NCBI RefSeq assembly: GCF_001194135.2
Contig: NC_068985.1
Location: forward strand, 102,302,961-102,335,404
DNA from: Octopus bimaculoides
Taxonomy: Eukaryota
Direction: 5' to 3'
DNA length: 32,444 nucleotides
The position numbers and the translations under genes were made by a program. Positions 1 through 10,143 of this stretch are shown here, one piece after another; within the stretch, counting starts at the first letter, position 1, and each line of letters begins with the position of its first letter. The notes below the pieces were generated by a model. It saw only the letters and a list, made by a program, of their open reading frames with translations, had not been told where the DNA came from and did not search any database.

Positions 1-315
1 CGTCTGCCTTCCACCACTACATACAGCCTTTGCGTTGATGGTAACTTTATGTAGGTGGGTATTTTATTTAGTGACTCCTGGGTAATATGGAGAAGGATCT
101 CCATTTTTTTACCCACCCACTGTTGCTTTTCAGAAACATTAATTTGCAATATATCAACTTCCTCCATATCGACACATACGGCTGATGTTATCCATAGTGT
201 GTCTACCGTGGGAGGAATATTTTTTATGATAACCCTTGTTACCCTCTGACCAAGGTAACTCGGTATCATTGTTAACTCTTCTGTCTTAAGAGTTAGCGTT
301 GAGAATCGTTTCGCT

Positions 316-320
<5 letters not shown>
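1..320 (-). mobile_element. Non-LTR retrotransposon ORF1-like (gag-like) coding fragment; open frame truncated by the window edge
   Basis: Hand translation of the minus strand from 320 gives 106 codons with no stop: ILAKRFSTLTLKTEELTMIPSYLGQRVTRVIIKNIPPTVDTLWITSAVCVDMEEVDILQINVSEKQQWVGKKMEILLHITQESLNKIPTYIKLPSTQRLYVVVEGR. The V-x-I-x-N-I-P-P ... W-x-G ... I-P-x-x-I-x-L ... V-V-V-E-G-R pattern resembles LINE ORF1 proteins just upstream of a CCHC knuckle (recalled pattern). It is absent from the ORF track, presumably because no stop lies inside the window. Confidence 0.6.

Positions 321-374
<54 letters not shown>
317..374. repeat. (AGAT)n microsatellite
   Basis: Perfect tetranucleotide array abutting the 5' side of the ORF1-like fragment. 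Confidence 0.97.
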
Positions 375-534
375 TCTCTTTTCATAGTAACGGTTGTAAT
401 GAGAATTCTTTTTAAATAACTTTGCTTTTTATGCTTTGGACGGAAGCTTAAAACTTTGCCTTAGTTTCACTTCTCAGCATTCGTATTAACGAGGAAAATT
501 AACTCTGTGCGTGTGTGGGGGTGTTTGTGTGAGG

Positions 535-588
535 GTGTAATTACGTGTATCTACGTGTAATTACGTGTAATTACGTGTATCTGCGTAA
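535..588. repeat. 10-bp tandem repeat, consensus (T/C)TACGTGTA(A/T), about 5 units
   Basis: ttacgtgtat ctacgtgtaa ttacgtgtaa ttacgtgtat ctgcgtaa. Confidence 0.9.
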
Positions 589-821
589 CACGATCTCAAG
601 TATATGTATATCGGGTTGGTGGATTGCAAAGGAGAACCTCTGCTTCAGGCTGGCCTCACTGTAGATTTCATGTCTGTTATAATCTTCTGTACACGATATA
701 TATAAAGCCACTGAATATGAAACGCTAAACATAGGAGAAAATTTCAAGCAATCGTTCTTCCTATAGACAGTATTACGCAGTTCTTTAGAAGAAACCGAGG
801 AATACCTTTAAAGCTCCTGCA

Positions 822-938
822 CATATATTTCCTATAAAACATGGTCTCCATATATTTTCTCCATAAAACATGCTCTCCATATATATTCTCTATAAAATAT
901 GATCTTCATATGTAATCTCTATAAAACATGTTCTCATG
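822..938. repeat. Degenerate 27-29 bp minisatellite, 4 units
   Basis: Units start at 822, 849, 878 and 907; consensus CATATATWTTCTCTATAAAACATGNTCTC. Confidence 0.8.
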
Positions 939-1239
939 AAAATACGTTCGGAAAGACTATATTGTTTTGCAAATCAGTACAGAAAAGAGGTCCTTTTATC
1001 TTCATTTTTGTGTGCAATAAACATAAAAAAGGAAGTATTATCTCTGTGATCACAATAATGAATAAATGTGTTCTGAAGAAGTGGTTAAGAGTCAAGAAAC
1101 TAGTCATATATTTCAATTTTCAGTGCGAAAAATGTTTTACAAGCATTGTGTCTACATTTCAAACCGAGGATATATAATACGGGATTTATTAACACATTTC
1201 CTTTATCACCCTCGCACTCTTTCTCTCATTCAATGGGTT

Positions 1240-1510
1240 TAGTTAAATAAGTCGGTTCCAGTACTTAGTATTTATAATCTGGTAATTTTTTTTATTGTTC
1301 TTTGTCAATCTTTTATGCTGAAGGGCAAATGAGCAAACCAGTCCAAGTGTAAAGCGCGGAGTCTAGCACAAACAACACGCGTGCGTCTGCGTGTCTCTAG
1401 GACTAGCTTCCAAAGAATCATTTGCCTAAGTTGCGATGTATTGGATGCAAATCCGAAATCACTTGGCTGCAATGCGATTATGTTTAATCAGACGGCCATT
1501 CCCGCTCCTT
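1240..1510 (-). mobile_element. Old, diverged SINE group C copy (3' part about 1240-1370, head about 1410-1510)
   Basis: GAATCATTTGCCTAAGTTGCGATGTATTGGATGCAAATCCGAAATCACTTGGCTG aligns by eye with GAAGACACTTGCCCAAGGTGCCACGCAGTGGAAATGAACCCAGAACCATGTGGCTG of the 17.6-18.0 kb copy. Confidence 0.5.
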
Positions 1511-1513
1511 ATA

Positions 1514-1514
1514 G

Positions 1515-1547
<33 letters not shown>

Positions 1548-1570
1548 TGTGTATGCATGTATGTATGCAT
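1514..1570. repeat. (GT)n/(GTAT)n microsatellite
   Basis: Direct inspection; adjoins the 3' end of the SINE at 1572. Confidence 0.95.
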
Positions 1571-1571
1571 A

Positions 1572-1884
1572 GGGGCAATCCGTTGGTTACGACGACGAGG
1601 GCCTCAGCTGATACGATCAACGGAATTGCTTGCTCGTGAAATTAACGTGCAAGTGGCTGAGCACTCCACAGTCACGTGTACCCCTAACGTAGTTCTCAGG
1701 GAGACACATAGCGTGACAAGGCCGGCCCTTTGAAATACAGGTACTATTCATTTTTGCAAGCTGAGTGGACTGGAGCAACTTGAAATAAAGTGTCTTGTTC
1801 AAGGACACAACGCGTCGCCGGGAATCGAACTCACCACCTTATGATCATGAACCGAATGCCCTAACCACTAAGCCACGCGCCTAC
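1572..1884 (-). mobile_element. tRNA-derived CORE-like SINE, group B1 (octopus OR-type candidate)
   Basis: Minus strand starts GTAGGCGCGTGGCTTAGTGGTTAGG (A box) and has GAGTTCGATTCCC (B box), then a CORE-like TGTGTCCTTGAACAAGACACTT. Its 3' ~175 bp are shared with the copies at 14.8 kb and 27.1 kb. Confidence 0.9.
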
Positions 1885-2010
1885 ATAATACATATATGCA
1901 TACATACCTACATGTATGCATACATACATAAATACATACATACATATACACAGAGAGACATATATGTGTTTGTATATATATATATAATATATATATGCAT
2001 TTATGTATGT
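1885..2010. repeat. Compound (CATA)n/(TA)n microsatellite
   Basis: Direct inspection. Confidence 0.9.
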
Positions 2011-4179
2011 ATAACATTAAATCTTAATACAAATCTAAGGTGCATAAGATACCTTAAATGTCCACAGCAAAGTTTTTTTTTTGCATGATTCACATTTAAT
2101 TTATAACCAACGACTTAGTAATTTTCTCACACAATAAAAACTAAATATTTGCTTCGATGAAAGAAGGAAGATTTTTATCTGATCAAGTTTCGATCTAAGA
2201 AATCGATTTGTTTTATATCTTAAATAATCTCATTTGGCAAAGTCTCACATCGATGGCTTTGATTTGGTGGAACGTGACTTCGATTAATTTTCATTCAATC
2301 GCTCCTTCCTTCGATTAATCTAATTTGATTAGATCGGATTTTCATTAGTTTAATCTTGTTGGAGTGAAATTATTTGTTGATTTATTTTTGGTCAAATATT
2401 TTTAGTTTTCTTTATCGATTATTTTTTCTAATTTGACTTTTGTCATATTTTTTCTTGCTATATCGGTTATTTTAATTTCTTTTGGACAACAATATGTTTC
2501 AGCATACGTAGTATGACCCAAGAATGATTTCTCTTGTTAATTATTTATGAAAGTCTATGTGTCCTTACTTCCATGTATATACGCCTTTTGCTTTAGAATT
2601 GGTTGTGTCTACAAAATTGCATAAGATTAGATATGGAAGTACACATTATTATTAGCTTGAGTGTATGTGCAAATATGCGTGTATACATACATACAGACCC
2701 ACATGTGAGCTCATACGTACGCAGCTAAATACATACATGCATGCGTAAATCATTTGTACCAAATTTCAGGAACATACAACTAAAATATAGAATATCAGAG
2801 TGATCTTTTGTAACGCAATCTACAGAATGATCTGACAGCAGATGACTTATAACCACCTTACACTCGGTAATGCTGTATAATGCCTCCATAATATCCATTC
2901 TGTTTAAATCTACACTAAATGTTGCCATGATCTACGGTACTCACACACGCCCTTTAGGTAAATATATATCCTGACAACGTTAGCGGGCACGATCTTTGGA
3001 AAATTGAAAATGTCCATCATGCAATTTGACTAGGCTTCTAAATAAATAAGCTTTGAAAATAAATGCTATACAGGTCAAGGTAGTTTTATCTAAGAACGAA
3101 ATTTTCCCTCTGGACGGTTCAAATATAGATTACGTCAGAGCATATGATCCTTGATCCAGTCTGTTTTTCCATATGAATGTGTATAATGATACATTTTAGG
3201 AATTTAAGATGTGTACACATACATAGTTTGAAATTGAATATAACGAAAGATTAGCTTACTCTTTGAAGGTGCTCGTTTGAGGGTTTTTACAATGACAACA
3301 AGTAATCTACACAAGTATTAAAGAAAGTGATACAGTGAGGAAGAGGGAGAGTGAGGGCGAGAGTGGGAGTATAAATGAAAATATACAGAGGGTGAGAGAG
3401 TGAGTGGCAGAGAGGGGCAATCAAGAATCACCTTAGCATCGGCAGCTTTTGTTAAACTATGAAATATGATCTGGCACTTATATATGTCGTAAGTAGCCCT
3501 TATATTCCTTGCTTCACTTCGAAGGAACGTTGATACTATTATCTGAAGGTACAATAATGTTTCGAAATGCTAGCTTTACCGTCCTTGGTAGGTATAGTTT
3601 TATAAGGATATACATATAAGTACGTCTAGCAAAAGATGATAGTGGAATCTCTAACCCTTATCTGTAAAAACATGCTGTTGTCATCTCGTAAGAGAGAGCT
3701 TGAATTCTCTGTACAGTTAGATGGCATAACCAGGATATACTGTTCGACAATACACTCGCAAGCACGCGCGCGCGCGCATGCACACAGATAGATAGATAGA
3801 TAGAAAGAAAGAAAGCGAGAGAGTATGCATTGTGAGTATATGCTTCCCATTGTGAGTATGTATATGTGAGTGCATGCATGTATTTTTATATATAAAGAAC
3901 TATTATATGTATAGTCGGTTAGAAATAGATTTTATATTATTTAGAATTATATTAACATATAATTCTTTTCGCAAACTAATTTTAACTCCTGAATATTAAC
4001 GCTAAATCCTCACGTTTCCACCTGCATATCAGCGTTTTCGAAGGAATTTTAATCTTCGTATTTTATTTTACATTAATTGATGTTATATTCATAGACTTTA
4101 ATTTTTATTTCGATGATTTCAATTGAAATCGTATTCAGACATGATTTCTAGATTGTGATAAGCTGAAAATGCATGGTGG

Positions 4180-4290
4180 TGCTTTGTTATCTTTCATTAA
4201 GTCGGTATCGATAAAATTGATTGAATGAATGTCCAAGAGTCAATAGAATTGACGATAACCCACCCCTGCAAATGTGTGTCCTTGTTTCAG
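4180..4290 (+). mobile_element. Highly decayed SINE group A 3' half
   Basis: CTTTCATTAAGTCGGTATCGATAAAAT...AGAGTCAATAGAATTGAC...CACCCCTGCAAAT...CCTTGT echoes CTTTCATCCTTTCGGGGTCGATAAAT...GGGGTCGATGTAATCGAC...CCTTGTG of the younger copies. Confidence 0.45.
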
Positions 4291-4519
4291 CGTGTTAAAT
4301 CAATATTCTAGAATGCTTCTTTCAACATGTGTTTTTATTCTTGTTTAACGTTCTACAGCCTTATATTTATAGCGATGGTAATTGAAATTCATGCTTTCAT
4401 CAAATGAATGGAAAATATTAAAAATGTCTTTTGACTGTTCAGCATCAAAAAATAGAAGTGAGAACGAAGCATTTCAAAGTTTAACACATTAATATCGAGA
4501 TTTTCTTAGATATATTAAC

Positions 4520-4862
4520 AATACCATGCACACGTATACATGCACGCAGACGCATGCACACGCACACACACACACAAGCAGGGACGCACCTACGCGCACA
4601 TACTCGTTCGCACACACCCGCACGGTGGCACAAGTACACACTACATACAGGCACATAGACAAGGATACATTTTGATAGATAGATAGAGAGATAGATAGAC
4701 ACATACACACACATATATATATATATAGATAATAGAGAGATAGATAGATACACGCATATTCATATATATATATATAAATATATACATATATATACATATA
4801 CAAATAAAAGTTTGTTATAAATATATATATATATATATATATACATATATATAAGTATATAT
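4520..4862. repeat. Compound (CA)n/(GATA)n/(TA)n simple-repeat tract
   Basis: Direct inspection; runs into an assembly gap. Confidence 0.9.
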
Positions 4863-5140
4863 NNNNNNNNNNNNNNNNNNNNNNNNNNNNNNNNNNNNNN
4901 NNNNNNNNNNNNNNNNNNNNNNNNNNNNNNNNNNNNNNNNNNNNNNNNNNNNNNNNNNNNNNNNNNNNNNNNNNNNNNNNNNNNNNNNNNNNNNNNNNNN
5001 NNNNNNNNNNNNNNNNNNNNNNNNNNNNNNNNNNNNNNNNNNNNNNNNNNNNNNNNNNNNNNNNNNNNNNNNNNNNNNNNNNNNNNNNNNNNNNNNNNNN
5101 NNNNNNNNNNNNNNNNNNNNNNNNNNNNNNNNNNNNNNNN
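4863..5140. other. Assembly gap (N run)
   Basis: N characters. Confidence 1.
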
Positions 5141-5260
5141 ATATCGACCTCAGTGAGTAACTGGTACTTATTTAATCGACCCCGAAAGGATGAAAGGCAA
5201 AGTCGACCTCGGCGGAATTTGAATTCAGAACGTAGCGGCAGACGAAATATCGTTAAGCAT
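5141..5260 (-). mobile_element. SINE group A fragment (3' end lost in the gap)
   Basis: CGACCCCGAAAGGATGAAAGGCAAAGTCGACCTCGGCGGAATTTGAATTCAGAACG is the reverse complement of the core of the 28902 copy. Confidence 0.9.
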
Positions 5261-5275
5261 ATATACCGTTACCGT

Positions 5276-5322
5276 GTGTGTGTGTGTATGTGTGTGTTTT
5301 GGGTAGTTGTGGATGTGGATAT

Positions 5323-5370
<48 letters not shown>
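5276..5370. repeat. (GT)n microsatellite, interrupted
   Basis: Direct inspection. Confidence 0.95.
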
Positions 5371-5372
<2 letters not shown>

Positions 5373-6116
5373 ATGAAGTCTACTTTGCTGTCCTTGTAGG
5401 CAAGAACTCATACATATGGCAGACTGATTATTTTAATTCCATTGATCTTGCTTTCTGATCTCAAGACAGTCCTCACCAAAACATCTTTTGTAGGGAAGCA
5501 GTCGCTATATAAACACACCGCAGTTTTATATATCAGTCTCTGTATTGTCTATCTATCATTTCTTAAGATGATTCCGTTTGATTTGATTATAGCCGCCATC
5601 TGTAGCAAGAAGATTTATTCACTTTTTGACTCTATTGACGCGTTGACTATAAAGAACTCGATTACCTATTTAAGTGAATGTGAAGTGAGACAAAAAAAAA
5701 TACAACATCAGTTCTTTTATCATTATTATAACATACAGCCAATGAACACAACAGAGACCTTTGACGTTTGGGTAAATAAGACATCTACATATGGACAAGA
5801 TAAATTGCAACCGCAGTTAAATAAGGTGAACTTCAACAATTATAAACTTATATACAGAACTGGTTCACTGGCAGTATATTTGAACATGGTGAATTTCGCT
5901 TCGTTTAACTAATGAAGCTACCAATATACGCCTGGGATTTAAGCAGATATTGATCAAACACGGATTCTGAAAAGCATTTTGACATTACCTGTAGTGGATT
6001 ATAACTGAGCATGTGAGTAAGTTATTATTGATTTCATGATATCCTTGACATTTTCATTGGAATCCACCTAATATAAACTTGTTGACATTTTCATTTCATA
6101 AATAATATATGCATAT

Positions 6117-6535
6117 NNNNNNNNNNNNNNNNNNNNNNNNNNNNNNNNNNNNNNNNNNNNNNNNNNNNNNNNNNNNNNNNNNNNNNNNNNNNNNNNNNNN
6201 NNNNNNNNNNNNNNNNNNNNNNNNNNNNNNNNNNNNNNNNNNNNNNNNNNNNNNNNNNNNNNNNNNNNNNNNNNNNNNNNNNNNNNNNNNNNNNNNNNNN
6301 NNNNNNNNNNNNNNNNNNNNNNNNNNNNNNNNNNNNNNNNNNNNNNNNNNNNNNNNNNNNNNNNNNNNNNNNNNNNNNNNNNNNNNNNNNNNNNNNNNNN
6401 NNNNNNNNNNNNNNNNNNNNNNNNNNNNNNNNNNNNNNNNNNNNNNNNNNNNNNNNNNNNNNNNNNNNNNNNNNNNNNNNNNNNNNNNNNNNNNNNNNNN
6501 NNNNNNNNNNNNNNNNNNNNNNNNNNNNNNNNNNN
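6117..6535. other. Assembly gap (N run)
   Basis: N characters. Confidence 1.
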
Positions 6536-6994
6536 ATATATATAAATATATATATATACACACACACACTCATACATATAGAGTGTGAATATATCGAAAT
6601 TGATATCACTCGATTGTGAAGTTGATTATTCTTGTTTTTCAAAGCAGTTAAATAAGCTTCTTACACATTCACTATTTTCTCACCTAATCTCATGCTTCAA
6701 CTGGAATGAGAGAGGAACTCTCTGTAAAAACTACCCCCATTGGTTTACAGTTTCGATACATCCGAATCTCTTTCGCCTATTCCCCTCTGCCTAGTTTCAC
6801 TCATATATATGGGTGTTTGTGTGTTCGCATATATGTATCTCTTTAAACCAGTATGCAAAATCCATAGTCAACACCAGAAATGTAAGCATGCATACATTCC
6901 CAAAATTGCATACCGATTAGTATGTAGCTGAGCGGAAAGAGTTGACGCTCATAGTATTTAAGCCGTATATATATAAATTTACGAATTTACAATT

Positions 6995-6997
6995 CTC

Positions 6998-7034
<37 letters not shown>

Positions 7035-7058
7035 ACACACACACACACAAATATATAT
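6995..7058. repeat. (CA)n/(TA)n microsatellite
   Basis: Direct inspection. Confidence 0.95.
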
Positions 7059-7672
7059 NNNNNNNNNNNNNNNNNNNNNNNNNNNNNNNNNNNNNNNNNN
7101 NNNNNNNNNNNNNNNNNNNNNNNNNNNNNNNNNNNNNNNNNNNNNNNNNNNNNNNNNNNNNNNNNNNNNNNNNNNNNNNNNNNNNNNNNNNNNNNNNNNN
7201 NNNNNNNNNNNNNNNNNNNNNNNNNNNNNNNNNNNNNNNNNNNNNNNNNNNNNNNNNNNNNNNNNNNNNNNNNNNNNNNNNNNNNNNNNNNNNNNNNNNN
7301 NNNNNNNNNNNNNNNNNNNNNNNNNNNNNNNNNNNNNNNNNNNNNNNNNNNNNNNNNNNNNNNNNNNNNNNNNNNNNNNNNNNNNNNNNNNNNNNNNNNN
7401 NNNNNNNNNNNNNNNNNNNNNNNNNNNNNNNNNNNNNNNNNNNNNNNNNNNNNNNNNNNNNNNNNNNNNNNNNNNNNNNNNNNNNNNNNNNNNNNNNNNN
7501 NNNNNNNNNNNNNNNNNNNNNNNNNNNNNNNNNNNNNNNNNNNNNNNNNNNNNNNNNNNNNNNNNNNNNNNNNNNNNNNNNNNNNNNNNNNNNNNNNNNN
7601 NNNNNNNNNNNNNNNNNNNNNNNNNNNNNNNNNNNNNNNNNNNNNNNNNNNNNNNNNNNNNNNNNNNNNNNN
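7059..7672. other. Assembly gap (N run)
   Basis: N characters. Confidence 1.
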
Positions 7673-8048
7673 ATATATATATACAGAGTGATAGAAACGT
7701 GGGAGGTTTTGAATGTAAGATGAAGGTTTCGTCATTAACAGAGATTTGTTTCTGCTTCCATTTGATTGAATAATAGCAATTACCAACTATTCTACGTTAC
7801 AATTGTTAATGTCTGTTTCGAAGGTTTTTTGTTTTCTTCCTAACTAAAGTTATATCAAACTTTGTATTAAACATGCTTGGTCATCTTAGTCAGTGGAACA
7901 TAAATTATCTAGTTTATATCAGTAACTTAAATTCCTTTGCTAAAATATAAAAGTACAATCTGCCATTCTGTCAGAAATGGTATTTAGAGTTTCAGTTACA
8001 AAATTCTGCATCTTTCATTTTCGTTTCTTTGTGTACATATCTTCTAGA

Positions 8049-8318
8049 TTTTATTTCTTTCATTCATTAGAATTCAGCAAACCTTGGCTACTACGTTTAA
8101 GTGTTTAGTCGAATAAATTCAATCTAGTAATTATTTAAAGCGGTCTCTTATTCTATCAGCCACTTTCCTTAATCGATAAGTAACGGGGATGTAAACTAAC
8201 CAATATCGCTTGTCAGGCGGTGGTAGGCATCAAAAAGAAATACAAAGACACACACGCATTCATATATATATTCATTGTATATGCATATGTGTGTATATAT
8301 ATGTGTATGTGTGTGTGT
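8049..8318 (-). mobile_element. Old SINE group C, 3' half plus internal microsatellite
   Basis: TTTAGTCGAATAAA...CTTATTCTATCAG...TAAGTAACGGGGATGTAAAC...ACAAAGACACACAC is collinear with 17630-17880. Confidence 0.7.
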
Positions 8319-8528
8319 TCATCCTTCTTAGGCCACCTTCGGTCATGACTGACCATGGGTTTCACGTCTGTCCATTTATTGTCTAGGTTTGGCTGCTCGG
8401 CTTGAGCAGCGCCTCCTGTGGCTATGGAGACCAAATGTTCGAATGACAACCTCGATCGCATAGATGACATCTGTGTGTGGATTCTGGTCTGTCGGCTGTC
8501 GCTCCCTCACGTCGAATTCGCTTTTCTG
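8319..8528 (-). mobile_element. RTE-clade LINE 3' terminal fragment (C-terminal zinc-finger-like motif, stop codon, short 3' UTR)
   Basis: Joining two minus frames across a 1-nt frameshift gives QKRIRREGATADRPESTHRCHLCDRGCHSNI/GLHSHRRRCSSRAAKPRQ*, the CxxC-RxCxSxIGLxSHxRxC C-terminus typical of RTE ORF2. The 3' UTR has CCCATGGTCAGTCATGACCGAAGGTGGCCTA. Confidence 0.85.
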
Positions 8529-8760
8529 AGGGCGGCGAGCTGGCAGAAAAGTTAGCACGCCGGGTGAAATGCTTAGCGATACTTCGTCTGCCGTTACGTT
8601 CTGGATTCAAATTCCGCCGAGGTCGACTTTGTCTTTCATCCTTTCGGTATTTATTAACAAAGTACCAGTTACGCTCTGAGGTCGATGTAATCGACTGAAT
8701 CCCTCTGTCTGTCCTTGTTTGTCCCGCCTATGCTTAGCCCCTTGTGGAGAATAAAGAAAT
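8529..8760 (+). mobile_element. SINE group A monomer with the 'type-1' tail
   Basis: GGCGGCGAGCTGGCAGAA head, GGATTCAAATTCC B-box-like motif, CTTTCATCCTTTCGG core; tail TGTCTGTCCTTGTTTGTCCC...AATAAAGAAAT as at 29065-29135. Confidence 0.92.
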
Positions 8761-8797
8761 ATATATGTGTGCGCGCGCGCACGCGTGTGTCCGTGTA

Positions 8798-8837
<40 letters not shown>
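8761..8837. repeat. (GC)n/(GT)n/(TA)n microsatellite
   Basis: Direct inspection. Confidence 0.9.
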
Positions 8838-8841
<4 letters not shown>

Positions 8842-8970
8842 GACGGGTTCTTCCAGTGTCTATCTACCAAACACAATCACGAGGCTTTCGTCGACCCCGC
8901 GTCCAATTTAGAAAACACTCCCTCAAGCCGGAACTGTGTGGTTGGAAGCCAAACTTCTTACCATCACAAG
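8838..8970 (-). mobile_element. Old SINE group C, 5' half
   Basis: GACGGGTTCTTCCAGTGTCTATCTACCAAACACAATCACGAGGCTTTCGTCGACCC...TGTGGTTGGAAGCCAAACTTCTTACCA is collinear with 17883-18030. Confidence 0.75.
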
Positions 8971-9889
8971 GAAGAAGTAGAATATGTACATACCATTTTG
9001 TCATTTGTTTCTATTTTTCTTTGCTTCCAAACATCTCTGTTTACAGAGAACTACCTGTACTATAGATACGTATCCCTGTCGAAAGTATTGCTAAAGTCAT
9101 GAGGCGAAGTTGAATCTTGTTCTATTTCCTATTCACTACACGAAATAATTATATTGATAAATATACAAGTGTGTTTCAAATTATATTCTAATATGGAGAG
9201 AATAAGCGCAAAGGACCTGAAACTAGTTTCGTCTCGAAGGGGAGCAGTGTCAACGGTGTAGATCTCATTTTGCTCTAGGAGAAATATACGGCTTTTTAGT
9301 TCCAAAAAACCACCAACTATGACATCATCAATAAATTTCAAATACGAAATTGGACTACATCGGACAGCACGATGATACTATATTCAATTATCTACAAAAC
9401 TGAGCAACTGATAGAAAAGATAAACAAAATTACTTACTGACAGTAATACAAATGAAGTCGAAATACAAAATTTGCAAATGCACAGAGTGAGTGATGCGAT
9501 AGTGTGAGTCTTTATTTTACTCTCTATCACCAGAGAATGAGTAAATGATTAGAATGAAGAATCTACATTAAGCAGTGTCTTCTTCTCATACTGTAAACGC
9601 ATAGTTAATTAATCATTATAGTATGATTAGCTACTACAAAAATTTATTCAGACATGACTCCCTCGTTGTTCAATATACAATATGAATCAGTGTGTGTTCA
9701 GTTATTTCACTTCTTCTTTAATCATATATTTAATTGTTGTTGATACTCTCATGGTCTTCATTCTAGTCCTCTTAACAGTTCGTGTGTATGACAATACACA
9801 TGCACACACAAAAATATACACATATACACACATACATAACTCTATATACAACACACGCAAAGGCACACATCCATATACAAACATATATA

Positions 9890-10143
9890 NNNNNNNNNNN
9901 NNNNNNNNNNNNNNNNNNNNNNNNNNNNNNNNNNNNNNNNNNNNNNNNNNNNNNNNNNNNNNNNNNNNNNNNNNNNNNNNNNNNNNNNNNNNNNNNNNNN
10001 NNNNNNNNNNNNNNNNNNNNNNNNNNNNNNNNNNNNNNNNNNNNNNNNNNNNNNNNNNNNNNNNNNNNNNNNNNNNNNNNNNNNNNNNNNNNNNNNNNNN
10101 NNNNNNNNNNNNNNNNNNNNNNNNNNNNNNNNNNNNNNNNNNN
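9890..10143. other. Assembly gap (N run)
   Basis: N characters. Confidence 1.

Noticed and set aside
1795-1884. tRNA-like folds at the SINE heads (also 15130-15198, 27375-27448, 17975-18047)
   Set aside because: They run straight into SINE bodies and lack a complete cloverleaf; not tRNA genes
3074-3154. Exon-like VKVVLSKNEIFPLDGSNIDYVRAYDP* after TACAG
   Set aside because: Short, weak polypyrimidine tract, no recognisable domain; segments like this are expected by chance
6068-7786. Long ORFs containing X runs (also at 9.7-10.3, 11.1-11.7 and 31.3-32.0 kb)
   Set aside because: They span assembly gaps
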